From Planctomycetota bacterium (GTDB lineage Bacteria; Planctomycetota; Phycisphaerae; SM23-33): a stretch of 37,127 nucleotides of DNA. Within the stretch, counting starts at the first letter, position 1; each line of letters begins with the position of its first letter. Below, in pieces: positions 7,808 to 15,704 of the stretch. The stretch is from contig JAXHSV010000002.1 of NCBI GenBank assembly GCA_034190305.1, forward strand, positions 1 to 37,127. Direction: 5' to 3'. The notes under the pieces were generated by a model, which was not told the origin of the DNA, ran no database searches, and saw nothing but the letters and a program-made list of their open reading frames with translations. The translations under genes and the position numbers were made by a program.

Positions 7808-8833
7808 TTATTTAATCTCGACCGGCACTCCTTTATCCGCCGATTCAACTATGGCGGCGGCTGTCTTCAAAACCACCAACCCGTCTTCACCGGAAGGTTC
7901 CGGATCACGTCCGGCCAGTATCGAATCAACAAAGTGACGAATCGACTCGAGCAGGAATCCCACGGGGTGTCCGTTCACTGTACCGGTCAGCGTTGCGGGA
8001 TAAGTGAAGGATTCACTCGTCGCCTTTTGGACCATCGTCTGCATGGCGTCGATGGTCATGGCAGCCTTGGTGAATATCATTTCCATTTTGGAATCAACCG
8101 ACATCGGCGAGGTGTCGGGAAGAATCCAGCACGATTCGAACGCAGCAACGGCGCCGTTGTCGAATTCAACCGTACCGTGGTAGAAGTCGGGCGTATCGAC
8201 GCCCATGCCCTTGAGGACGACGGAACGTTGCACGCCGTAGGCCCGTCGCGGGTCAGAACCCCATATCCAGCGAATCCGGTCGATCAGATGACTCATCAAC
8301 CAAAATGGAGTCTTCGTCCGGGACGACCAGGCGAGCATCTTCGTCGGAACATATATTGTGTTGTTCAATCGCAGATAGGCGTACAACGGGTCGCCCAACT
8401 CGCCGCTGACAAAGGCCTCCCTCGCCTGCTGGATGGGCACCTGGAAGCGGTTGCTGAAGTTCACCATCATCCTGACGCCCTTGTCCCGGGCGGCCTTGAC
8501 TATCGCTTCGGCGTCCTCGACCCTGATCGCCAGCGGTTTTTCGACAAGCAGGTTCCGGCCCGATTCAATCACCGCAAGAGAGGCATCAAGGTGCAGATGA
8601 TCGGGAAGCACGACTGCAACGGCGTCGAGTTCGACCTTATCGAGCATCTCTTTGTAATCCGTGTATGCTTGAGTCACTCCATAACGATTCGCCACATCTT
8701 TGACTCGATCATTATTTATATCGGTCAACGCGACAACTTCGGCGTTATGAAGGCTCTGAAAGCACCGCACATGACCTTGACCGTGAATTCCCACGCCTAT
8801 GATGCCGACTTTCAGCACTTTTTCAGAGTTCAT
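7808..8833 (-). CDS. Gfo/Idh/MocA-family NAD(P)-dependent oxidoreductase
   Basis: 341 aa. Rossmann N-terminus KVGIIGVGIHGQGH, and the family motif LVEKPLA. Confidence 0.85.
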   Translation of the reverse strand: MNSEKVLKVGIIGVGIHGQGHVRCFQSLHNAEVVALTDINNDRVKDVANRYGVTQAYTDYKEMLDKVELDAVAVVLPDHLHLDASLAVIESGRNLLVEKPLAIRVEDAEAIVKAARDKGVRMMVNFSNRFQVPIQQAREAFVSGELGDPLYAYLRLNNTIYVPTKMLAWSSRTKTPFWLMSHLIDRIRWIWGSDPRRAYGVQRSVVLKGMGVDTPDFYHGTVEFDNGAVAAFESCWILPDTSPMSVDSKMEMIFTKAAMTIDAMQTMVQKATSESFTYPATLTGTVNGHPVGFLLESIRHFVDSILAGRDPEPSGEDGLVVLKTAAAIVESADKGVPVEIK

Positions 8834-8914
8834 TTCATATCTCCCAAATATCGTGAAACTTTACTACTACTCCGTCATTACTAAATCCATGAACAATTCC
8901 GGGCGTTGTTTATT

Positions 8915-8996
8915 CGACACAGAGACACAGAGGAACAGAGATATAGAAAAACACAGGACTTTATTAAATTCTCTGAATCTCTGCGTCTCTGTGTCG
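8915..8996. repeat. Low-complexity palindromic intergenic element, CACAGAG family, copy 1
   Basis: The left arm cgacacagagacacagaggaacagagat (8915-8942) pairs with the right arm ttctctgaatctctgcgtctctgtgtcg (8969-8996). The left arm is nearly identical to the reverse complement of 31641-31664. Confidence 0.8.
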
Positions 8997-9045
8997 TATA
9001 ACCATGCTGACAGATTTAAGGTTGACAGAGTACTGCTACACGCCG

Positions 9046-11250
9046 TCAGGATTTACTTCTGACGCTCTCGATCCGCTCGGTAAATTCCTCCGTCTCCCGG
9101 CGAACCTGTTTGACGAAACCGTCGTCTTCAGCCTTGCCCAACACCGCCTTCATCTCCGCCGGAGTCTCGAACGTAATCCGCCGGAAAAGGTTTTCGTCAT
9201 CCTTTTTTCGGGTGGCGTAGGTCTGGTCGCAGATATACTTCTGGATATCCCCGGCCTCATCAAGCGCCTCGGACCAGAGTTCCGGCGTCAGTTCATCGGC
9301 CCCGAGCACTTCCAGCAGCGTCGCAAAGGCGTGACGCTGTTTGTCGAGCGGATATTTTTTCCACAACTTGTCGTAACGGCTGTGGACGGCTTGCCAGTCG
9401 TCGATTTCGCCGGATTTGATGTCGTCCCGAAGAGTCTCGAAGTCGTCGGCCATGACGAGTTGTCCGCCGAGGTTGACCCATTCTCGGCAGCGCGGCCCGG
9501 AAAGTTCGGCGCACATGGACTTCAACGTTGCGCCGGTTTTGGTCTGCATGTAAGTTATCAGCTTTTTGACCGCATAATAATGGAGCATTCGGCGATAGGC
9601 GCGGTATCCTTCGGCAGCCTTGAGGACAACGACCTTTCGACGTGAGTTCTCGATTCCCGGAGCGAGAATTTCCAACTTATCCACAATCTCGCTCGGTCCG
9701 GTCAGAAGCCCTCTTCCTGTTTTCGCTAATTCTTCGGGAGTTTTTTCATCCGGCGAATCGCTTTCCGCCGAGATGTGCGATCGGGCGGTCCACGCCTCCA
9801 GCATCGCCATGGCTGCGAACATTTCCTCGGCGGTGTCGGGCGCGAATGACTCGAACTCGACATTTTGTCGCTTGTGCTTGCGGGTGTCGCGGGCCTGGAA
9901 CTTCCACGAGTTCCGCGCCAATGCGTACATGTTATACAGCCACCAGTAAGCCGGCATAACAGTCAGGCGGTCGGCGGCCAAGTCGTTGGCAACGAGACTG
10001 AACGGCAACGGCACGTCAAGTTCGGACGGGTAGTCGCCCTTGGACAGAAGGACGAAGGAAGCGAATCGACTGTTATGCTTCAGGCTTGTGCAAAGTCCGG
10101 GCCAGAAGCCCCTACCGGCCTGAATTTCACCATCCGGGGATCTGCTGTTGTGGTTCGAGCCGATGGTCGCAGCCGCGGCAATGTTACTCTGGCCCATTAC
10201 CAGCGAGGCAATCAGGAACGAATTGTTGTGATGCTGCTCGTGGGCGGGGAATATAAGGTTGTTGAGCAATTCGCAGCAGGAGACCGTCGAGTTGTCGCCG
10301 AGGTATGAATGGATTAACCTCGCGCCGTACTTGAGGGAACTGTTGTCGCCCATCACGAAACGCACCGCCTTGCAGCCATAGAATACGTGGCAGGCCAGGC
10401 CTATGATTCCGTTGACCAGTTCGACGCCCTCGCCGATCTGGGTCGATTCTTCGTGGCTTGAGTTAATCGTAAGGTTCTTGAGTTTGTTGGCGCCTTTGAT
10501 ATAGGCAGCCGGTCCGATCTTTACATCCTTTATGATTCGGCAGTTCTTGACGACGCAGTTTTCACCCACTGTTCCGTAGAAGCCTCTGCGGGGATCGAAC
10601 ATCTGCTGGGTCATTTGCCTCATCCGCTCGAGCAGTTCGCCGTCGTCGCGGAATTTCGCCCAGAAATAGGCGTCGGCGGGCAGCATTCCGTCGAAGGGCA
10701 TGACGCTCCGCCCGCCCACCTCATTTATCAGGTCCAGCCAGATGCGAGTTTCCTCATCCTCTCCATCCTTGACGATACCGTTGCCGAACCTGGCGTGGTT
10801 CGTAACGTGCATCTCGTCGATATTCAACAGCATGACATGGTCGGAAATGATGTAGTGCGACAGGTATCGGACGTGATGAATGGCCGTATTGTCGCCTATG
10901 TCGCAGTTGATGATGAGGCTGTTGCTCAGACCGACCGGAACGGTCATGTCGTGAAAAGTCAGGCACTGTTGCTCAAGCCGACCTATGCGAACCAGGCCGA
11001 AAAACTGGCAGTTAAGCACCTGATGAGGGCTGAAATTCTCAGTAACCAGCACCGTCTCCCAGTTTTCGGCGGTGTTTCCGTTCTTGACAAGCGTTTCGAG
11101 TTCTTCGGGGCGGAGGTTCCGCCATGCGTCGGCGGGTTTGCCCGACTGAAAATTGCGAAGATAAAACTCGTCTTCGCCCGCCGGTAGAAACCGCTCGGGA
11201 ATAAAACCGCACCCCAGTGATTTTAGAGACGAAATTTGCATCTTGTTCAT
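9046..11250 (-). CDS. large uncharacterised protein, DUF4954-like (beta-helix-like N-terminal two thirds, helical C-terminal third)
   Basis: 734 aa, long clean ORF. The family name comes from my recollection of DUF4954 proteins of Bacteroidota and was not verified. Hexapeptide-like stretches include VGENCVVKNCRIIKDVKIGPAAYIKGANKLKNLTI. Confidence 0.55.
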   Translation of the reverse strand: MNKMQISSLKSLGCGFIPERFLPAGEDEFYLRNFQSGKPADAWRNLRPEELETLVKNGNTAENWETVLVTENFSPHQVLNCQFFGLVRIGRLEQQCLTFHDMTVPVGLSNSLIINCDIGDNTAIHHVRYLSHYIISDHVMLLNIDEMHVTNHARFGNGIVKDGEDEETRIWLDLINEVGGRSVMPFDGMLPADAYFWAKFRDDGELLERMRQMTQQMFDPRRGFYGTVGENCVVKNCRIIKDVKIGPAAYIKGANKLKNLTINSSHEESTQIGEGVELVNGIIGLACHVFYGCKAVRFVMGDNSSLKYGARLIHSYLGDNSTVSCCELLNNLIFPAHEQHHNNSFLIASLVMGQSNIAAAATIGSNHNSRSPDGEIQAGRGFWPGLCTSLKHNSRFASFVLLSKGDYPSELDVPLPFSLVANDLAADRLTVMPAYWWLYNMYALARNSWKFQARDTRKHKRQNVEFESFAPDTAEEMFAAMAMLEAWTARSHISAESDSPDEKTPEELAKTGRGLLTGPSEIVDKLEILAPGIENSRRKVVVLKAAEGYRAYRRMLHYYAVKKLITYMQTKTGATLKSMCAELSGPRCREWVNLGGQLVMADDFETLRDDIKSGEIDDWQAVHSRYDKLWKKYPLDKQRHAFATLLEVLGADELTPELWSEALDEAGDIQKYICDQTYATRKKDDENLFRRITFETPAEMKAVLGKAEDDGFVKQVRRETEEFTERIESVRSKS

Positions 11251-11262
11251 CTAAAAAAATCA

Positions 11263-11338
11263 AACCACAAGGAACACAAAGGCAAAGAATTAATAATTCA
11301 ATTCGTTTTTCTTTGTGCTCTTTGCACCCTTTGTGGTT
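11263..11338. repeat. Low-complexity palindromic intergenic element, CACAAAG family, copy 1
   Basis: The left arm aaccacaaggaacacaaaggcaaagaa (11263-11289) pairs with the right arm ttctttgtgctctttgcaccctttgtggtt (11309-11338). Confidence 0.75.
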
Positions 11339-11345
11339 CATCCCG

Positions 11346-12128
11346 TTACGCACCCGGCGAGCCGGGTTTGTTTTGTTGTATCCAGTCGTAATAATCCCGC
11401 ATCTTGAGTTTACCGGCTGCTGCTTCATCCAGGAAGAACAGGCTGTCGGGATGGAGTTGCAGGGCGCTGGCGGTAATCATGCTTGAAACAGGTCCTTCGA
11501 CGGCGGCTGCGACCGCATCGGCCTTCCCTTCCCCGTTGGCCAGCAATAACAACCTCTCCGCCTCCATGATCGTCCCGACACCCATAGTGATGGAATAGAT
11601 AGGAACTTCTTCTCTGTTGTCGAAAAATCGCGCGTTGTCGTCGATAGTCTGTCTGGTCAGCGTCTTCAGTCGCGTCCGGGAGGACAGGCTGCTGGAAGGT
11701 TCGTTGAATGCTATGTGCCCGTCGGACCCGATACCCAATATCTGAAGGTCGATCCCGCCGCACTCCTCGATCCGGTCCTCGTACCACATGCAGAACGCCT
11801 CGTAGTTGTTGGCTGTTCCCGACGGAACATGAATGTTCTCCTTGGGAATGTTTATATGCTTGAAGAGATTTTCCCACATGAAGTAGTAGTAACTCTGGGG
11901 ATGATCGTGCGACAGTCCGACGTACTCATCCAGGTTGAAGGTGGTAACGTGGGAAAAGTCCAGCCCCTCTTCGGTGTGCATGCGGATGAGTTCCTTGTAC
12001 AATCCCAAAGGCGTTGAACCTGTCGCCAGGCCCAGAACGGCGTCCGGTTTTTCGTTCAGCGTTTCAGCCACAACCTTCGCAGCCGCTGCGCTCATCTTTT
12101 CGTACGTCGGGCATACTATAACTTCCAT
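11346..12128 (-). CDS. nagB: glucosamine-6-phosphate deaminase
   Basis: C-terminal 260 aa of ORF 11346..12461, starting at ATG 12128 (MEVIVCPTYEKM...). Motifs GLATGSTP, TFNLDEYVGL, GIGSDGHIAFNEPSSSLSSRTRLKTL and LQLHP match NagB. The upstream 111 codons of the track ORF have no NagB counterpart. Confidence 0.85.
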   Translation of the reverse strand: MEVIVCPTYEKMSAAAAKVVAETLNEKPDAVLGLATGSTPLGLYKELIRMHTEEGLDFSHVTTFNLDEYVGLSHDHPQSYYYFMWENLFKHINIPKENIHVPSGTANNYEAFCMWYEDRIEECGGIDLQILGIGSDGHIAFNEPSSSLSSRTRLKTLTRQTIDDNARFFDNREEVPIYSITMGVGTIMEAERLLLLANGEGKADAVAAAVEGPVSSMITASALQLHPDSLFFLDEAAAGKLKMRDYYDWIQQNKPGSPGA

Positions 12129-12359
12129 TTCTCGTTCTCCACTATCGGTGTTACCCCCACTGTTATACGCCTTATCCGAATCACGGAACAACTGGACTCC
12201 AGAGGCGCTACCGGGACAGATTCTAACGGTTGCCCCAAACCGGTCAAGCAATTTTCCAAAGGTAAAAAAAAGAGCCGCTCGGTGTAACCGAAAAATTGCT
12301 TGATTGACAACCCAAAATAGAATAAAAGGCGCCATCCCCATTGGAAATGGACAGAAACG

Positions 12360-12869
12360 ATGAAGTTTTGCCTTATAGACAGAATCGAACTTATCGAGCC
12401 TGGAAAGCGGATCGTCGGCATCAAGACGCTGTCGCTGGCCGAGGAGTACCTTGCCGATCATTTTCCCGCCTTTCCAGTGATGCCGGGAGTGTTAATGCTG
12501 GAATCACTGGTCCAGGCCGCCGCCTGGCTTGTTCGACTGGAACAGAATTTCTCCAAAAGCATGGTCGTGCTGTCGGCTGCTCGAAACATCCGATACGGAA
12601 ATTTTGTCGCCCCCGGCGGAACGCTGCGGATCGAGGCTGAACTTATCAAAATCGACGGGGACATCGCCAAATTCAAAGGTTCCGGCGCGGTGGACGACGG
12701 GCAAACCGCTGTGCAGGGACGATTCGAACTGAAATGCTTCAACGTGGCGGATTTCTTCGCCCCCGCCGCTGCCGCTGATGAGCGAATAATCGCCCGACTT
12801 AAAGAAAGGTTCAAACTCATCGGCGGTCCTGAAGCACTGACATCGACGGGAGAAAAACCTCATGAATAA
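12360..12869 (+). CDS. FabZ/FabA-like hotdog-fold 3-hydroxyacyl-ACP dehydratase (paralog 1)
   Basis: 169 aa. DHFPAFPVMPGVLMLESLVQ matches the FabZ catalytic His...Glu segment (HFPxxPxMPGVLxxE). Confidence 0.75.
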   Translation: MKFCLIDRIELIEPGKRIVGIKTLSLAEEYLADHFPAFPVMPGVLMLESLVQAAAWLVRLEQNFSKSMVVLSAARNIRYGNFVAPGGTLRIEAELIKIDGDIAKFKGSGAVDDGQTAVQGRFELKCFNVADFFAPAAAADERIIARLKERFKLIGGPEALTSTGEKPHE

Positions 12870-12898
12870 GATTGGTCGGACCGTCTCCGGCAGAAACA

Positions 12899-12927
12899 TT
12901 GACTTTGCCGGAGAGTTTCTCTATATA
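12899..12927 (+). promoter_or_regulatory. candidate sigma70-type promoter in front of the ACP gene
   Basis: TTGACT (12899-12904), 17-bp spacer, TATATA (12922-12927), about 60 bp upstream of ATG 12990. A 7-bp-stem hairpin ctccggc...gccggag (12884-12914) overlaps the -35 element. Confidence 0.45.
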
Positions 12928-12989
12928 GTTCACGTATTATTTTGCTTGAAAAGGCATTGTTTTCGGAAAGAAACAGGAGAATATACGTT

Positions 12990-13379
12990 ATGCCGATGAC
13001 AGAAGATGAGATTTTTCAGAAGGTTACAGAAACGCTTACCGAAGCGCTGGGCGTCGATGATGACGAAGTAACCCCGGAGGCGACTCTCACGGGCGATTTG
13101 GGGGCGGAATCCATCGATTTTCTGGACATAGTATTCAGGTTGGAAAAGGCTTTCGACATCAAAATACCCCCCGGCGACCTGTTCCCGGACAATGTCCTTA
13201 ACAATCCCGAGTTTGTAGCCGACGGGAAACTCACCGACGCCGGAATGGTCAAACTCAAAGAGTCCATGCCGCACGTCGAATTCGGCGATTTCGACCAGGA
13301 CCCTGACGTCAACAAACTTTCGGAACTGTTCAAGGTCCAGACGATCGTCAACTACGTCCGGAACAAGACCGCCGGATAA
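12990..13379 (+). CDS. acyl carrier protein with a ~45-residue insertion before the last helix
   Basis: ATG 12990 is preceded by AGGAGA (12975-12980). MPMTEDEIFQKVTETLTEALGV...LTGDLGAESIDFLDIVFRLEKAF is a standard ACP core with the DLGAES attachment site. It is followed by a PPGDLF...DVNKLSELF segment, then FKVQTIVNYV. Confidence 0.8.
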   Translation: MPMTEDEIFQKVTETLTEALGVDDDEVTPEATLTGDLGAESIDFLDIVFRLEKAFDIKIPPGDLFPDNVLNNPEFVADGKLTDAGMVKLKESMPHVEFGDFDQDPDVNKLSELFKVQTIVNYVRNKTAG

Positions 13380-13387
13380 ACAGCCTG

Positions 13388-13466
13388 AACCATAAGGAGC
13401 ACAAAGAGAAGAAAAACAGATTTTTTGACTCTCTTGTTCCTTGTGTTCTTCGTGTCCTTTGTGGTT
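13388..13466. repeat. Low-complexity palindromic intergenic element, CACAAAG family, copy 2
   Basis: The left arm aaccataaggagcacaaagagaagaaaaac (13388-13417) pairs with the right arm ctcttgttccttgtgttcttcgtgtcctttgtggtt (13431-13466). Both arms start or end with AACCA(C/T)AA(A)GG, as in 11263-11338. Confidence 0.7.
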
Positions 13467-13500
13467 TATTTTTTCTCCGAGCAAATGGAGCCAATCGGTA

Positions 13501-13977
13501 ATGCGTTGGATTTGGATTGATTGCTTCGAAGAGTTCTCCCCGGGCGTATCGGCTACTGCCGTAAAAAACGTCTCACTGGCGGAGGAACACCTGCACGACC
13601 ACTGGGAAGAGTTCCCGGTCATGCCGGTCAGCCTGATGATCGAGGGAATGGCGCAGACGTCGGGGATACTCGTCGGACAGGCGCGCGATTTCCGGGAAAA
13701 GGTTATCCTCGCTAAAATCTCCAAGGCCGAAATCAGCGAACCGGTCGTGCCCGGCGATCAATTAAAATATCACGCCGAACTGGTAACGATTTCCGACCAG
13801 GCAGCAAGTACGCACGGAACTGTCTCCAAAAACGGTCAACCCATCGGCACTATCGACCTGATGTTCTCGCACATAGACCAGAACCTCGCCGGAACAAAGT
13901 TTCCCGAAGAGAACTTTGTCTTTACGGGTCAGTTTCTCAGGTTGCTGGCGGGTTTTGTGGAAGGACCGGGCCGATGA
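13501..13977 (+). CDS. FabZ/FabA-like hotdog-fold dehydratase (paralog 2)
   Basis: ATG 13501 (MRWIWIDCFEEF...) within ORF 13441..13977. HDHWEEFPVMPVSLMIEGMAQ retains the His and Glu. The stop overlaps the next start (ATGA at 13974-13977). Confidence 0.7.
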   Translation: MRWIWIDCFEEFSPGVSATAVKNVSLAEEHLHDHWEEFPVMPVSLMIEGMAQTSGILVGQARDFREKVILAKISKAEISEPVVPGDQLKYHAELVTISDQAASTHGTVSKNGQPIGTIDLMFSHIDQNLAGTKFPEENFVFTGQFLRLLAGFVEGPGR

Positions 13978-15293
13978 GCGAACGCCGCGTCGTCATTACC
14001 GGCCTGGGCGTGGTAACCGCCGGAGGGACGGGCATAGAAGAACTGTTTGAGAACATCTGCGCGAAGAAGCAGAGCGTCAAGCGCATAGACTTATTCGACC
14101 CGTCCGGTTTCCCCTGCCAGGTTGCGGGCCAACTGGACGACTTCTCCGCCAGTAAGTTCGTCCCCCGTAATTATCGCAAGGCGGTCAAGGTAATGGCCCG
14201 CGACATCGAGATTGCCGTCGCAGCCGCCGACCTGGCTGTCCGCAACGCCGGTATCACTACGCGGGGCATCGACGAACAAAACATAGATGTCGAATCGAAT
14301 CGCTTCGGGTGCAATATCGGAGCCGGGCTTATCTGTGCGGACCTGAACGAACTCGGTTCGGCAATAAACACGTCCGTTACCGACGGTAATTTCGACTTCA
14401 AAAAATGGGGCGCCGAAGGCATAAACAACCTCACGCCGTTATGGCTGCTGAAATACCTTCCGAATATGCTCGCCTGTCACGTAACGATCATCCATGGCGC
14501 CAAGGGGCCTTCCAATACCATTACCTGCGGCGAGGCCTCCGGGTACCTTGCTGCCGGTGAGGCGGCCAGAACTATAGCCCGTGGCGCCGCCGATGTCGCC
14601 ATAGCCGGTGGGGCGGAGAGCAAAGTCAACCCGATGAACCTTCTGCGACAGACGCTGCTTGGGCGAGTTGCCACCGGAGGAAACGACCAGCCAGGACAGG
14701 CATGCAAACCATTCGACGCCGATGCCGACGGAACTGTAATAGGCGAGGGCGGAGGCCTGCTCATCCTGGAAGACCAGGCGCGTGCGGACGAAAGAAACTC
14801 GCGCGTTTATGCGGAGTTTGCCGGCTTCGGTTCCGCCTGCGACCCGGACGGGATGAACTACCTCGAAGCACCAAAAGGCGACGGTCTGGTCAGAGCGATA
14901 TCAGCCGCCATTGCCGATGCGGGAATCTCGCCGGATCAGATCAGTCTGATTATCCCCCACGGAACAGGCGTCCCGGCCGAGGACGCCACCGAAGCCGACG
15001 CCATCGTCCGGGCGCTCGGCGAACGGGCTGACACTGTTGCGGTAAGCCCCCTGACCGGCGGGTTCGGAAATCTCTTCGCCGGCGCCGGCGCGGTGCAAAT
15101 TGCCGTAGCCGCCATGGCGCTGCACAAGCAGACAATTCCGCCCGCCGTCAACTTTGAAAAACCCGCCGACAACTGCCGGATGAATGTCCGAAAGGAACCG
15201 GCTGAAGCGAAATTGCAATATGCCCTCTGCTGCGCACACGCCACCGGTGGGCAGAACGCGGCAGTGATTCTGAAGCGATACGAAGGTGATTAA
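13974..15293 (+). CDS. beta-ketoacyl synthase-like protein with a degenerate active site (chain-length-factor-like partner)
   Basis: 439 aa with a KAS I/II fold throughout (RRVVITGLGVV, GPSNTIT.., ADVAIAGGAE, PFDADADGTVIGEGGGLLILE, PHGTG). The canonical Cys position reads Glu (TCGEASG vs ATACTSG). The KSMTGHLLGAAG segment reads LTGGFGNLFAGAG, so Lys becomes Thr and His becomes Asn. Confidence 0.8.
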   Translation: MSERRVVITGLGVVTAGGTGIEELFENICAKKQSVKRIDLFDPSGFPCQVAGQLDDFSASKFVPRNYRKAVKVMARDIEIAVAAADLAVRNAGITTRGIDEQNIDVESNRFGCNIGAGLICADLNELGSAINTSVTDGNFDFKKWGAEGINNLTPLWLLKYLPNMLACHVTIIHGAKGPSNTITCGEASGYLAAGEAARTIARGAADVAIAGGAESKVNPMNLLRQTLLGRVATGGNDQPGQACKPFDADADGTVIGEGGGLLILEDQARADERNSRVYAEFAGFGSACDPDGMNYLEAPKGDGLVRAISAAIADAGISPDQISLIIPHGTGVPAEDATEADAIVRALGERADTVAVSPLTGGFGNLFAGAGAVQIAVAAMALHKQTIPPAVNFEKPADNCRMNVRKEPAEAKLQYALCCAHATGGQNAAVILKRYEGD

Positions 15294-15341
15294 TGTCTAA
15301 TGACCGTTGACTAATTTCTAACGAATGTCCAATGATTAATG
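15290..15341. repeat. Left inverted-repeat arm flanking the four-helix-bundle gene (GACATTAGTCATT word, reverse-complement orientation)
   Basis: taatgtctaatgacc (15291-15305) is the exact reverse complement of ggtcattagacatta (15742-15756). gaatgtccaatga (15322-15334) is complementary to cattggac... at 15706 onward. Confidence 0.8.
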
Positions 15342-15704
15342 CCCAAAGAAGGTAAGAAAGAGTATGACCTCGAGGAGAGAACGGCTCGCTTTGGACAGAC
15401 AGTGATAGCCTTTGCGAAGAAAGTACCCCAAAACCCTGTAACGATATCGCTGATTAGCCAACTGGTAAGAGCCGGAACAAGCGTCGGAGCCAATTATTGT
15501 GAGGCTGACGACGGTGTATCGAAAAGGGATTTCAGAAACAAGATAGGCATCTGTAAAAAAGAATCGCGGGAGTCCAAGCACTGGGCAAGAATGATCGTTG
15601 CGGCAGTGCCGGAATTGAAAGAAGAAGCAAGACCGTTATGTCAGGAAGCAAAGGAACTCCACCTTATATTTGTTTCGATCTTTCGCAGCGCCGGAAGCGG
15701 TTAG
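15339..15704 (+). CDS. four-helix-bundle protein (23S rRNA intervening-sequence protein / S23p family)
   Basis: 121 aa. LVRAGTSVGANYCEADDGVSKRDFRNKIGICKKESRESKHW matches the family signature (QLxRSxxSIGANxxEA...S..DF..K..I..KE..ET..W). Confidence 0.85.
   Translation: MPKEGKKEYDLEERTARFGQTVIAFAKKVPQNPVTISLISQLVRAGTSVGANYCEADDGVSKRDFRNKIGICKKESRESKHWARMIVAAVPELKEEARPLCQEAKELHLIFVSIFRSAGSG

Noticed and set aside
7934-8884. Long antisense ORFs opposite real genes (for example 7934..8884, 6585..7367, 9004..9645, 10615..11187, 23541..24458, 26736..27734, 34551..35156)
   Set aside because: Each lies opposite a gene with clear family signatures. Their translations are low-complexity or Arg/Gly/Pro-rich with no recognisable motifs, the typical shadow ORFs of GC-rich DNA.
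11346-12461. NagB with a 111-aa N-terminal extension (full track ORF)
   Set aside because: NagB homology starts at MEVIVCP (ATG 12128). The upstream part would cover the divergent promoter region and has no family resemblance.
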